Shown: positions 49,901 to 58,088 of the stretch, piece after piece
Numbering within the stretch: position 1 is the stretch's first letter
Layout of the letters: every line of letters begins with the position of its first letter
DNA from: Winogradskyella sp.
Lineage (GTDB): Bacteria; Bacteroidota; Bacteroidia; Flavobacteriales; Flavobacteriaceae
Direction of reading: 5' to 3'
Length of the DNA stretch: 64,000 nucleotides
Assembly (NCBI RefSeq): GCF_003712105.1
Contig: NZ_RHLG01000006.1
Coordinates: forward strand, 19,240-83,239
The notes under the pieces: generated by a model
Database searches by the model: none
The model's input: the letters and a program-made list of their open reading frames with translations, nothing else
Told to the model about the DNA's origin: nothing
Position numbers and translations under genes: made by a program

Positions 49901-50054
49901 TAAATATAATTTCAACCTTTTCAGAAGCAGATTTAATTAACCCTTGATTCTCAAGTTTTGTGATTTCTTTCCACAAAGTATCATAGTCCTTAGACTGCGC
50001 ATTAGTTAGAGATGCAAAGCATATAAGCATAAAAACGATTACGGCTTTTTTCAT
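43908..50054 (-). CDS. Bacterial alpha-2-macroglobulin family protein
   Basis: TDRSIYRPGQ, QETAFFFP, YPYQCNEQ thioester motif (CxEQ), C-terminal EFSSHS. Confidence 0.9.
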   Translation of the reverse strand: MKKAVIVFMLICFASLTNAQSKDYDTLWKEITKLENQGLIKSASEKVEIIFTKARKDNNTIQKVKCLIHQSKYLQTLEEDSQLKIVSNFKAEIDTSELVTKRLLENLLANLYWQYYNQNRYKFYDRSKPQVNVSDDFRTWDLETLFFEIHTYYERSLQNGLLLQQEPLENYDALLITQKKSKDYRPTLFDFLSYNALEFYKTSENSIIQPAYKFSIDNPDLIAPNDRFISLKLASKDSVNLQLKALKVYQNLLRFHQKDKSSKPFISANISRLDFVKQHATFDGVLDELTETYRKELETIGKNENSALYSYEIANIKAVKALKYRTQDETTLTYRWLNKDALELCESVISKYPKSDAAAKCKNLKGRIEKPSLSLRTESYLPVNNPALILVNYKNLDALDFDIYKINASQRDKFGELYNTKEKEKFIKRLKPNTSFKSQLKNEGDYQAHSIEVVLPALDNGLYIIVAKTNTDVFYATTIQVTDLALLETQEDKQVTYQVINRNNGHPVVNADVKLKYKTYRNREKTFSSSYTTDNYGKFYFKKVKENYHDVYAIITSGNDTGIFGRSYINREYNNRENTSTQYKTFVFTDRSIYRPGQTVYFKGIVTKTVNKNTSIVANTSITAALHNVNGEKVAELSFTTNEYGSFHGEFILPNTGLTGQFSIQSYSNIIDRAYEYISVEEYKRPKFEAQFLPVTESYKVNDSITVKGNAIAFAGSNITDAKVVYRVKRQVQLPRWYFYRRPSFNIEPQEIAFGETKTDASGNFEINFKALPDKSVSKDDLPVFNYEVTADVTDINGETRSVTTLVSVGYHTLTATLNIPQRIDKSQKETELQINTTNLNGEFVPAKGKLKIYKLIAPNTVLRPRPWKAPDYKLLSKEEFKKMFPHEAYDDESNYRNWDKSDVVYETGFDTETSKSVLLKRTKKWASGNYIIELETTDKFGQKVKDQAYTYLYSDKDKTVADNSLFKISLDKQQYAINETALLTFGSAMEDAKLTIEIEKKGEIIETQIHQISDSKHTIQVPIYPDDIGGFVIHYSLAAYNSLTSSSITIRVPYPKTDLEIETSTFRDKLQPGQDETWSFKVKGPKGDKVTAELLASMYDASLNEFKPHNWSFNPIYKPNYSSKHYKNNRNSFGVINFRRHNNFENIPRYNGQTFDRLNWFGLYFGDNIRRYDQLAYSLAEEDESLDEVVIIGSGIDKKSRSSAPSNELAALADPEESEFNINANVTESFSGQVPGLKISKGENSPGKSKANTLIQIRKNLQETAFFFPQLQTDANGNVSFNFKAPEALTKWKLQLLAHTKSLESTVSEYEAVTQKELMVIPNAPRFLREGDAISISTKIANLSDKALTGKAQLVLEDAITGKEISEELLVVERGRNDNTSTTLSVQDFSVDAKGNTQVNWTLKIPDNIQAVQYKVIAQSEDFSDGEQNVLPVLSNRMLVTETLPMWVRSNQTKTFTLDKLASTSISDPNSTLKHHKLTLEITSNPAWYAVQALPYLMEYPYQCNEQTFSRYYANALAQHITKSSPKIEAVFNQWKSTDALLSNLEKNEELKSLLIQETPWLRDAQSETEQKKRIALLFDLNKMNSELQASIGKLKNNQHSSGAWPWFNGGRDNRYITQHIVGGFGHLKQLNVSLSAVEESQMIEKAIRYLDKQFVKEYKDLKRYNPKVDLSKDHLSYTQLHYMYVRSFYPEIKASKEVGRIMDYYKGQIEDYWLSRSLYAKGLMALTMHRAEEHTVASKILRSLKETSITSEELGMYWKANTASYYWHQAPIETQSLLIEAFSEIENNIETVDNLKIWLLKNKQTNKWETTKATAEAVYALLLQGSEWLSITDAVDVKVGGKSISPSKLDNVNIEAGTGYYKTSWNANEISQEQAQVTLTKKGEGIAWGVLYWQYFEGLDKITSAKTPLQLQKKLFKKTNTDRGEELAEINTDTQLKVGDLVRVRIELRSDRDMEFLHLKDMRAAGFEPVNVLSQYKWQDGLGYYESTKDAATNFFIDYLPKGIYIFEYDLRVNNAGDMSNGITTIQSMYAPEFSSHSEGIRVNVN
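45129..45155 (-). repeat. REP-like hairpin copy 4, in frame in A2M (GTCT-CTCT-GAGCGCAGTCGA-AGAG-TCT)
   Basis: 26/27 nt identical to copy 1; encodes VSLSAVEES. Confidence 0.88.
45648..45671 (+). repeat. REP-like hairpin copy 5, antisense within A2M (CGCT-GATCGAAGTCGA-AGCG)
   Basis: Perfect TCGCT/AGCGA stem, one core mismatch; encodes ASTSISD. Confidence 0.72.
45895..45943. repeat. REP-like inverted doublet (copies 6 and 7), in frame in A2M
   Basis: ACACT-GAGCGTAGTCGA-AGTGT on + (45895-45916) and CGTT-GAGCGAGGTCGA-AACG on - (45920-45939); encodes VVERGRNDNTSTTLSV. Confidence 0.85.
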
Positions 50055-50229
50055 TTAATTGATTTTGATAACAAAGTACCTTCAAAAGGCATTCCAAAAA
50101 AAGGGGATTTAAGTTAAGTTACTCTTTGGATGAGTTAAGTTAATGATTTTATAAGTTAAAGATGGTGTAAGCATTTTAAAATATTAACGTCAATACAACA
50201 AGATTGATATTTGTATTTTAGCCATTTCT

Positions 50230-51183
50230 ATGAGGTTATTAATTCTTTTTTTGTACTTCCCAATACTAGCAATTTCTCAAACTTCTGCAGAAAGAGCCAA
50301 GAAATTAATTAACCAAAAACAATATAAAAAAGCCGAAGTCTTAATGTCTGAATATGTGCAACAATATTCAAAAGATAAGGAAGCTATAGAATTGCTAGGT
50401 GATGCTTATGGTCATCAAAAAAAGTGGGATGAAGCTATTGAGCAATATAAGAAGCTTACTGAACTTGAGAACATGAATGCCAATTATCACTATAAATATG
50501 GCGGCTCATTAGGAATGAAAGCCTTATCTGTGAGCAAGATAAAAGCTTTAGGTTTAATTGGTGATGTAAAACGTGCCTTTTTAAAAGCTGCAGAATTAGA
50601 TCCAAAACATATAGAAACCAGATGGGCTTTGGTAGAGTTATATATGTCTTTGCCTGGAATTGTTGGAGGAAGTAAAAAGAAATCGATAAAATATGCTAAT
50701 GAACTTCAGGCATTATCAACAGTAGATGGGTATTTGGCAAAAGGTTATATCTATGAATATGATGACGAACCAGAGCTAGCCGAAAAGTATTATAAATTGG
50801 CAGTAGAAGTTGGTGGTTCACTCACTTGCTTTGAAAAATTATCCAATCTTTATGAGTCCCAAAACCAGCCAAACAAGGCTATAGCAACTATTGAATCTTC
50901 TCAAAAAAAGCACAACAGAAATGCTTTGCATTACCAATTAGGCAAAGTATCTGCAGATTATAATGTTCAGCTTAATAAAGGTGAACGATGCCTTTATGAG
51001 TACATAAAAAATTATACAGCTGCTGATGGTGTGCCTGTAGAATGGGCATACTATAGATTAGCCCAAATCTATAAGCATAAAAACGAAAAAGACAAAGCTT
51101 TAAGTTATATAGATAAAGCATTGTCTATCAGGGCTGATTTTAAGCAAGCGCTTCAAGAGAAAGCCATTATTTCCAAAAAATAA
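50230..51183 (+). CDS. Tetratricopeptide repeat protein
   Basis: Signal peptide, repeated TPR-like helices (LGDAYG...AIEQYKK, YQLGKVS, YYRLAQIY...ALSYIDKAL). Confidence 0.8.
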   Translation: MRLLILFLYFPILAISQTSAERAKKLINQKQYKKAEVLMSEYVQQYSKDKEAIELLGDAYGHQKKWDEAIEQYKKLTELENMNANYHYKYGGSLGMKALSVSKIKALGLIGDVKRAFLKAAELDPKHIETRWALVELYMSLPGIVGGSKKKSIKYANELQALSTVDGYLAKGYIYEYDDEPELAEKYYKLAVEVGGSLTCFEKLSNLYESQNQPNKAIATIESSQKKHNRNALHYQLGKVSADYNVQLNKGERCLYEYIKNYTAADGVPVEWAYYRLAQIYKHKNEKDKALSYIDKALSIRADFKQALQEKAIISKK

Positions 51184-51299
51184 CAATCAGTTTCTAGAAT
51201 TTTCATGCCTATCTAAACAATTGATGCTTAGCTAAATATTTGTTAATTATTTTAGAATTAATAGTAATACTATCATATTTGCAATCAAAATAATTAATA

Positions 51300-51974
51300 A
51301 TGAAAAATTTACTTTCAAGTATTAAGATTTCTGTCCCTGAGAAAATCTTTTTAAAAGATCCAGAATCATCGGATTTAGGAAAGCGAATTATTGGAAATGG
51401 AATTTCTCTCATCGCCGAAATTGGCTTCGACAGTTTTACATTCAAAAAACTAGGTACTAAGATTGGTTCAAATGAAAGTTCGATCTATAGATACTTTGAA
51501 AACAAGCATAAGTTTCTTTTATATCTAACATCGTGGTATTGGGCATGGATAGAGTATCAATTGGTGTTTTCCACTTCTAATGTGTCTGATAAAACAGAAC
51601 GCTTGTTAAAAGCTATTGAGGTCGTAACAAGAACCATTAAAGAAGATAATAATTTCACACATGTTAATGAGGTAACACTTAACCAAATTATAATCAATGA
51701 AAACTCAAAGTCTTTCTTAACCAAAGAAGTAGATAGTGAAAATAAAGAAGGTTATTTCGTTGTTTACAAGCGATTAGTATCACGAATTAAGGAAATGATT
51801 TTAGACATCAATCCTGATTATAAATATGCATCGAGTATTTCTAGCACCATCATAGAAGGTGCATTGCACCAGCATTTTCTCAAAGATCATTTCAGTTCTA
51901 TTACAGATTGTGATACCGTAACTCCAACGAAGTTCTTTCAAGAATTAACTATTAACGCCATCAAACCAAACTAA
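51300..51974 (+). CDS. TetR/AcrR family regulator
   Basis: GFDSFTFKKLGTKIGSNESSIYRYF HTH; first gene of the exporter operon. Confidence 0.88.
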   Translation: MKNLLSSIKISVPEKIFLKDPESSDLGKRIIGNGISLIAEIGFDSFTFKKLGTKIGSNESSIYRYFENKHKFLLYLTSWYWAWIEYQLVFSTSNVSDKTERLLKAIEVVTRTIKEDNNFTHVNEVTLNQIIINENSKSFLTKEVDSENKEGYFVVYKRLVSRIKEMILDINPDYKYASSISSTIIEGALHQHFLKDHFSSITDCDTVTPTKFFQELTINAIKPN

Positions 51975-51976
51975 AG

Positions 51977-53644
51977 ATGAACCAAGAAAAGTCAATTCTA
52001 ACGCCGTGGCAACGGTTTTTAGGATTATTAAGGCTTGAAAAAAAGGATGTTTTTCAGGTCATATATTATGCCGTTTTTGGTGGGTTAATTAATTTGACTT
52101 TACCACTCGGAATTCAGGCAATTGTGAATTTAATAGGAGGTGCTCAGATGAGTACATCTTGGATAGTTCTAGTAACTTTAGTAACCTTAGGTGTTGCTTT
52201 TGTTGGTGTGCTTCAATTGATGCAAATGCGAATTATTGAAACCCTTCAACAGCGCATTTTTATGCGAGCATCGTTTGAGTTTACGTATCGTTTTCCAAAA
52301 ATACGTATGGACCAACTCTACAACTATTATCCGCCAGAGTTAGCAAATAGATTCTTTGATATACTAACCGTTCAAAAGGGTTTGGCAAAATTGTTACTTG
52401 ATGTGCCTGCAGCTGTATTACAGATTGCATTTGCTTTAATTCTTTTGTCCTTTTATCACCCGTTCTTTATTGCTTTCGGTGTGTTATTAATCATATTAAT
52501 TTATGTAGTATTTAAGTTTACTATTCAACGTGGTATGGATACCAGTCTTGTTGAATCTAAACGGAAATACATTGTAGCGCATTGGATTCAAGAAGTTGCG
52601 CGGTCTATTATGAGTTTCAAACTTTCTGGTAAAACATCATTAGCACTAGATAAAAATGACAAACTGGTCAACGATTATTTAGGAGCTAGAGAAGGTCATT
52701 TTAAGATTTTGATACTGCAGGTTGTTCAGATGATAGGTTTCAAAGTATTAGTTACTGCAGGGCTTTTAATTATTGGCGGTTTATTAGTGCTTAATCAAGA
52801 AATGAATATTGGTCAATTTGTCGCAGCAGAAATTATAATTCTATTGGTAATCAATTCGGTTGAAAGGCTTATTCTAGGCTTAGAGTCTTTTTATGATGTA
52901 CTGACATCATTAGAGAAAATGGGACAAGTGGTTGATAAAGAAATCGAGCCACAAACAGGAGAACCAATAGTTATTGATGATGATTTTAAAATAGAATTAG
53001 AGTCGGTAACCTATGATGTTCCTGGTCGAAGTTTACCAATATTAGAAGATATTTCTTTTAAAATAGACTCAAAGAGCAGAATTTTAATTCAAGGCGAAAG
53101 CGGCTCAGGAAAATCTACTTTACTCAGAATTATATCCGGAATATTAAAACCAACTAAAGGGCGCGTGTTTTTAAATAATACCGCAATAAGTAACCTAAAC
53201 CTTAATAGCTATAGGAGTAATTTGGGTATGGTTTTAAGTGACGAAACGCCTTTCGAAGGAACTATAAAAGAAAATTTAACGCTTGGAGACGATTCAATTT
53301 CAAGCACAAGAATTAATGACGTTCTGGACCTTCTTGGTTTAACTGATTATTTAAAAGAAACAGAGCTTGGATTAAGCACTGTTATTTATCCAGAAGGAAA
53401 ACAAATTCCATTTACGGTTGCTAAGAAAATTATTTTGGGTAGAGCAATTTTGAAGCAACCAAAAGTATTAATTCTTGAAGAGCCTTTAGAGCATTTTGAA
53501 ATACCAGAAGCCAACAAAATTATCGAGTATTTAACAGATAAAGAACATCCATGGTCATTAATTGTGGTAAGTTTCAATAAAGACTGGTCTACGTGCTGTT
53601 CGCAAGTAATACACCTAAAAAGGGGTAAAATAGAAAAAGCCTAA
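51977..53644 (+). CDS. ABC exporter (TMD + NBD), type I secretion-like
   Basis: Six TM segments, IGQFVAAE, Walker A GESGSGKS; signature and Walker B degenerate. Confidence 0.85.
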   Translation: MNQEKSILTPWQRFLGLLRLEKKDVFQVIYYAVFGGLINLTLPLGIQAIVNLIGGAQMSTSWIVLVTLVTLGVAFVGVLQLMQMRIIETLQQRIFMRASFEFTYRFPKIRMDQLYNYYPPELANRFFDILTVQKGLAKLLLDVPAAVLQIAFALILLSFYHPFFIAFGVLLIILIYVVFKFTIQRGMDTSLVESKRKYIVAHWIQEVARSIMSFKLSGKTSLALDKNDKLVNDYLGAREGHFKILILQVVQMIGFKVLVTAGLLIIGGLLVLNQEMNIGQFVAAEIIILLVINSVERLILGLESFYDVLTSLEKMGQVVDKEIEPQTGEPIVIDDDFKIELESVTYDVPGRSLPILEDISFKIDSKSRILIQGESGSGKSTLLRIISGILKPTKGRVFLNNTAISNLNLNSYRSNLGMVLSDETPFEGTIKENLTLGDDSISSTRINDVLDLLGLTDYLKETELGLSTVIYPEGKQIPFTVAKKIILGRAILKQPKVLILEEPLEHFEIPEANKIIEYLTDKEHPWSLIVVSFNKDWSTCCSQVIHLKRGKIEKA

Positions 53645-53648
53645 TGTT

Positions 53649-54998
53649 ATGCTAAATATATCTCGTAATCCTTTAAATAAAGATGTAGATTTAAGTAAGT
53701 TTAAGTCTGCAGAGCAAGTCTTAAATAAGGACTATTTTAAGCAATCACGTCGATTTTTAACAGGCTTTGCTATTGTATGCTTTGTAATGTTGTTCTTGCC
53801 TTGGACACAGAATATTTCTGGAAGAGGAAATGTAACCACACTAACACCAGAACAACGTCCACAAACTATACAGTCTCCAATACCTGGAAGTATTCAACAA
53901 TGGTTTGTTCGCGAAGGAGATAGTGTTAGAAAAGGAGATACTATCATGAAAATAGCTGAAATTAAGAGTGAGTATTTCGACCCTAATCTCGTACAACGAA
54001 CAGAGAAACAAAGACAAGCAAAAGAATTTTCGGTAGAGTCGTATCAAGGCAAGGTGAAAGCTCAAAACGTTAGAATCTCAGCTTTGGTTAACGAACGAAA
54101 ATTAAAGCTTGAGCAAGCACAAAATAAAATACTTCAAGCTTATCAAAAAGTAAAAGCAGATAGTATTGATTTGGTCGCAGCACAAACCAACATGGTTATC
54201 GCACAAACAAAATACAACCGTGCAGACTCCTTATATCAAGATGGCTTTACGGCATTAAAACGTGTTGAAGATGCAAGAGTGAAATTGCAAGAAACGCAAG
54301 CTAAAGAAACATCTCAAGAAGCTAAATTACTTGTGAGCAGAAACGAAGTCATTAATGCAAAGCTCGAAATTTCTCGAATAAGAGCAGAATATGCAGATAA
54401 GATTTCTAAAGCAGAAAGTGAGAAGTTTTCAGCTTTATCAAATCAGCTAGATACTGAAGCACAAGTGCAAAAATTAGAAAATCAGGTATCAAATTATACG
54501 ATTCGGAATGGTCTTTTGTATGTAACTGCACCTTATGATGGTTTTATTCAAACCGTATTACGTGGTGGTGTCGGGCAAACCTTTAAAGAAGGAGAAGAAT
54601 TAGTGGGCATTTTACCAGCTCAAGTAGATTTAGCCGTTGAAACTTATGTAGAGCCAATAGATTTACCATTAATCCATAAAGGTGAAAAAGTAAGAGTTCA
54701 GTTCGATGGATGGCCAGCTATAATTTTTAGTGGATGGCCTAATGTGTCTTATGGTACTTATGGTGCTGAGGTTGTTGCTGTAGAACGTTTTATTAGCCCT
54801 AACGGAAAGTTTAGAGTGTTATTAAAACCTGATCCAGAAGACCATCCATGGCCAAAGGATGTGCGTGCCGGTTCTGGTGCTTATACAATGGCTTTGTTAG
54901 AGGATGTTCCGATTTGGTTTGAACTTTGGAGGCAGCTTAACGGTTTCCCACCAAACTATTACCAACCTTTAGATTCAGATATAGCGAAAAAGAAATAA
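53649..54998 (+). CDS. HlyD family periplasmic adaptor
   Basis: TM anchor, IQSPIPG...VREGDSVRKGD, long coiled coil, VRVQFDGWP. Confidence 0.88.
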   Translation: MLNISRNPLNKDVDLSKFKSAEQVLNKDYFKQSRRFLTGFAIVCFVMLFLPWTQNISGRGNVTTLTPEQRPQTIQSPIPGSIQQWFVREGDSVRKGDTIMKIAEIKSEYFDPNLVQRTEKQRQAKEFSVESYQGKVKAQNVRISALVNERKLKLEQAQNKILQAYQKVKADSIDLVAAQTNMVIAQTKYNRADSLYQDGFTALKRVEDARVKLQETQAKETSQEAKLLVSRNEVINAKLEISRIRAEYADKISKAESEKFSALSNQLDTEAQVQKLENQVSNYTIRNGLLYVTAPYDGFIQTVLRGGVGQTFKEGEELVGILPAQVDLAVETYVEPIDLPLIHKGEKVRVQFDGWPAIIFSGWPNVSYGTYGAEVVAVERFISPNGKFRVLLKPDPEDHPWPKDVRAGSGAYTMALLEDVPIWFELWRQLNGFPPNYYQPLDSDIAKKK

Positions 54999-55000
54999 TC

Positions 55001-56404
55001 ATGCGAAGTATTATTATAATAGTATTCTTTTTTGTCTCAAGTTTTGGATTTTCGCAATCCGAAGGCTTGGAGAATGTGCTTCGCTTTAATGAATATTTGG
55101 GCTTTGTAAAGAAGTTTCACCCTATTGTAAAGCAGGCAGAATTAGTCATTGATGAGAGCCAAGCGAAGCTTATGAAATCTAGAGGTGCTTTTGACCCAAA
55201 GATTGATATTGATTACGATAGAAAGCGATTAAAAGGTACTGAATATTGGGATCAGCTTAATGGTACATTTAAGGTGCCGACCTGGTTTGGTATAGAGCTA
55301 AAAGCATCTTTTGAAGAAAATACGGGCGATTTTCTAAACCCTGAAGATTTTATTCCTGAAGGTGGTTTGTATTCTGCTGGAGTTTCAATTCCTATTGCTA
55401 GAGGTTTGCTAATAAATGATAGAATGGCATCGTTAAAACAAGCGCGATTATTCAGAGAGCAGGCTAAAGCAGATAGAGATATATTAGTCAATACTATTTT
55501 GTTTGAAGCATCAAAAGTATATTTCGATTGGCTTAAGGCTTACAATGAACTCAAGCTATTTCAGAACTTTTTAACTAATGCAGAATTACGTTATCGCGGT
55601 GTTGTACGTGGTGTAGAGTTAGGAGAGAATGCACAAATTGATGCCACAGAAGCGAGGATTGCGCTAAATAATAGAAAACTAAGTCTAGAGCAATCAAGAG
55701 TGAAACTTATAAAAACAGCATTGCAGCTTTCTACATTTTTATGGTTAGACAACAACATTCCAGTGGAACTACAACCTAATGTAATCCCAGATGTTAATAC
55801 AGAGCCAATTGTTGATGCTACATTTAATATAGATGCTTTACAAAGTGAAGCAGTGGTTATAGATGAGCATCCAAAACTACAATCTCTAGATTTTAAACGC
55901 CAAAGTCTTAATGTTGAGAGACGTCTTAAAGCAAATATGCTGTTACCTCGAATTGATTTGGAATACAATTTTTTAACCCAAACACCAGATATTTCTAGGT
56001 CCTTTAATACAAACGATTATAAAGGTGGTCTTAATTTTAGTTATCCTCTTTTTCTTAGAAAGGAACGAGGTGATCTTAAATTAGCCAAGATAAAGTTGAG
56101 CGATACAGAGTTTGAAATCAATGCTACAAGAGTAAATATTCAGAATAAAATAGACGCCATAAAACAAGAGTTGGATTCTTATGTAACTCAAAATGAAATT
56201 ACTCTGCAAATGGTAAGTGATTATCAACTAATGCTAACCGCTGAAGAACGTAAATTTCAATTAGGAGAAAGCTCTTTGTTCTTAGTTAATTCAAGAGAGT
56301 CAAAACTTATTGAAGGACAATTAAAAGCAATTGAAATTCAGAATAAATTCTTCAATACCAAAGCAAAGTTGTTTAATAGCTTAGCTGTAAATCCAGATTT
56401 ATAG
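55001..56404 (+). CDS. TolC family outer-membrane protein
   Basis: HPIVKQAEL, ERKFQLGESSLFLVNSRE; last gene of the exporter operon. Confidence 0.88.
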   Translation: MRSIIIIVFFFVSSFGFSQSEGLENVLRFNEYLGFVKKFHPIVKQAELVIDESQAKLMKSRGAFDPKIDIDYDRKRLKGTEYWDQLNGTFKVPTWFGIELKASFEENTGDFLNPEDFIPEGGLYSAGVSIPIARGLLINDRMASLKQARLFREQAKADRDILVNTILFEASKVYFDWLKAYNELKLFQNFLTNAELRYRGVVRGVELGENAQIDATEARIALNNRKLSLEQSRVKLIKTALQLSTFLWLDNNIPVELQPNVIPDVNTEPIVDATFNIDALQSEAVVIDEHPKLQSLDFKRQSLNVERRLKANMLLPRIDLEYNFLTQTPDISRSFNTNDYKGGLNFSYPLFLRKERGDLKLAKIKLSDTEFEINATRVNIQNKIDAIKQELDSYVTQNEITLQMVSDYQLMLTAEERKFQLGESSLFLVNSRESKLIEGQLKAIEIQNKFFNTKAKLFNSLAVNPDL

Positions 56405-56469
56405 ATAGTGTTTAGATATTAGCCATTAAAGCATTTGGATATTCGTTCAGGTAACTAGATATTTGTTAT

Positions 56470-57825
56470 ATGAATGTACATTTTATCGCTATCGGTGGAG
56501 CAGCTATGCATAATTTGGCAATAGCACTTCATAATAAAGGCTATAAAGTCACTGGAAGTGACGACACTATTTTTGACCCATCAAAATCCCGTTTAGAAGC
56601 TAAAGGTTTACTTCCTGAAACTTTTGGTTGGTTTCCTGAGAAGATTACATCGGAGTTAGATGCTATTGTTTTAGGTATGCATGCTAAGGCTGATAATCCT
56701 GAGCTACTTAAGGCACAAGAACTCGATTTGAAGATTTACAGTTATCCTGAATTTCTATACGAGCAATCTAAGGATAAAACCAGAGTTGTTATTGGCGGAA
56801 GCCATGGTAAAACAACCATTACATCCATGATTTTGCATGTAATGCATTACCATGATAGAGATGTAGATTATATGGTTGGCGCTCAGCTTGAAGGCTTTGA
56901 TGTTATGGTAAAGCTTACTGACGATAATGATTTTATTGTGCTAGAAGGCGATGAGTACTTAAGCTCACCAATAGATAGACGCCCAAAATTTCATTTGTAC
57001 AAACCAAATATTGCGTTGTTAAGTGGTATTGCTTGGGATCATATTAATGTGTTTCCAACCTACGATAATTATGTGGAGCAGTTTAGCATTTTTGTAGATA
57101 GTATTGTGCGTGGTGGCAGTATTAACTATAATGAAGAAGATGAAGAAGTAAAACGTGTAGTTGAAGCATCAGAAAACCAAATACGAAAATTACCATACCA
57201 AACTCCTGAATACTCGGTTGAAGATGGCGAAACGCTTCTTGAAACACCAGAAGGCCCAATGCCTATTGAAGTATTTGGAGCGCATAATCTTAACAATTTA
57301 GCCGGTGCTAAATGGATTTGTCAACATATGGGCATTGATGAGGATGATTTTTACGAGGCGATTTCAACCTTTAAAGGTGCAAGCAAACGATTAGAAAAAA
57401 TAGCTGAATCTACTAGCTCTGTTGCCTATAAAGATTTTGCACACTCACCAAGTAAGGTCAAAGCAACTACCGAAGCCGTTAAGTCGCAATACAAAGACAA
57501 AGAATTATTAGCCTGTTTAGAGTTACATACCTATAGTAGCTTAAATGCCGAGTTTTTAAAACAATATAAGGGTACTTTGGACGCTGCGGATAAAGCTGTA
57601 GTATTTTATTCACCGCATGCTGTTGAAATTAAAAAACTAGATGAAATCACGCAGGAGCAAATTGCCAATGCTTTTGAGCGTGATGATTTAATTATTTATA
57701 CCAATCCAGCTGACTTTAAAGCGTTTTTATTCTCTCAAAATTTTACTAATAAGGCATTGCTGTTAATGAGCTCTGGCAATTATGGTGGCTTGGATTTTGA
57801 TGAGGTCAAAACGTTGATTAAGTAG
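56470..57825 (+). CDS. mpl: Murein peptide ligase (Mpl/MurC family)
   Basis: HFIAIGGAAM, GSHGKTT, EGDEY, DFAHSP, MSSGNYGG. Confidence 0.88.
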   Translation: MNVHFIAIGGAAMHNLAIALHNKGYKVTGSDDTIFDPSKSRLEAKGLLPETFGWFPEKITSELDAIVLGMHAKADNPELLKAQELDLKIYSYPEFLYEQSKDKTRVVIGGSHGKTTITSMILHVMHYHDRDVDYMVGAQLEGFDVMVKLTDDNDFIVLEGDEYLSSPIDRRPKFHLYKPNIALLSGIAWDHINVFPTYDNYVEQFSIFVDSIVRGGSINYNEEDEEVKRVVEASENQIRKLPYQTPEYSVEDGETLLETPEGPMPIEVFGAHNLNNLAGAKWICQHMGIDEDDFYEAISTFKGASKRLEKIAESTSSVAYKDFAHSPSKVKATTEAVKSQYKDKELLACLELHTYSSLNAEFLKQYKGTLDAADKAVVFYSPHAVEIKKLDEITQEQIANAFERDDLIIYTNPADFKAFLFSQNFTNKALLLMSSGNYGGLDFDEVKTLIK

Positions 57826-58057
57826 TAATACCATTAATGTAAGGGCAGTAAATCATTGTTTAGGATTTTAATAAAATAGTGGACTCCACAATATATAGGG
57901 TTTTGGTATTGATAGATTACTTTTTATATAATTGCAAGTCAAAAATACCTTATCCGACTAACCTAAAAAGTACGTTCTCGACTAGTAATAATTAGGCTCT
58001 ATTCGGCCAATTTAAAGTGACTTTTACTGTGCTTTAACATAAATTTAGGAAAAAATG

Positions 58058-58065
58058 TATATTTG
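58058..58065 (+). promoter_or_regulatory. -7 box TATATTTG upstream of the protease gene
   Basis: TAnnTTTG, 24 nt before the ATG at 58089. Confidence 0.55.
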
Positions 58066-58088
58066 TAACGTACCCCTAAAATAATAAC

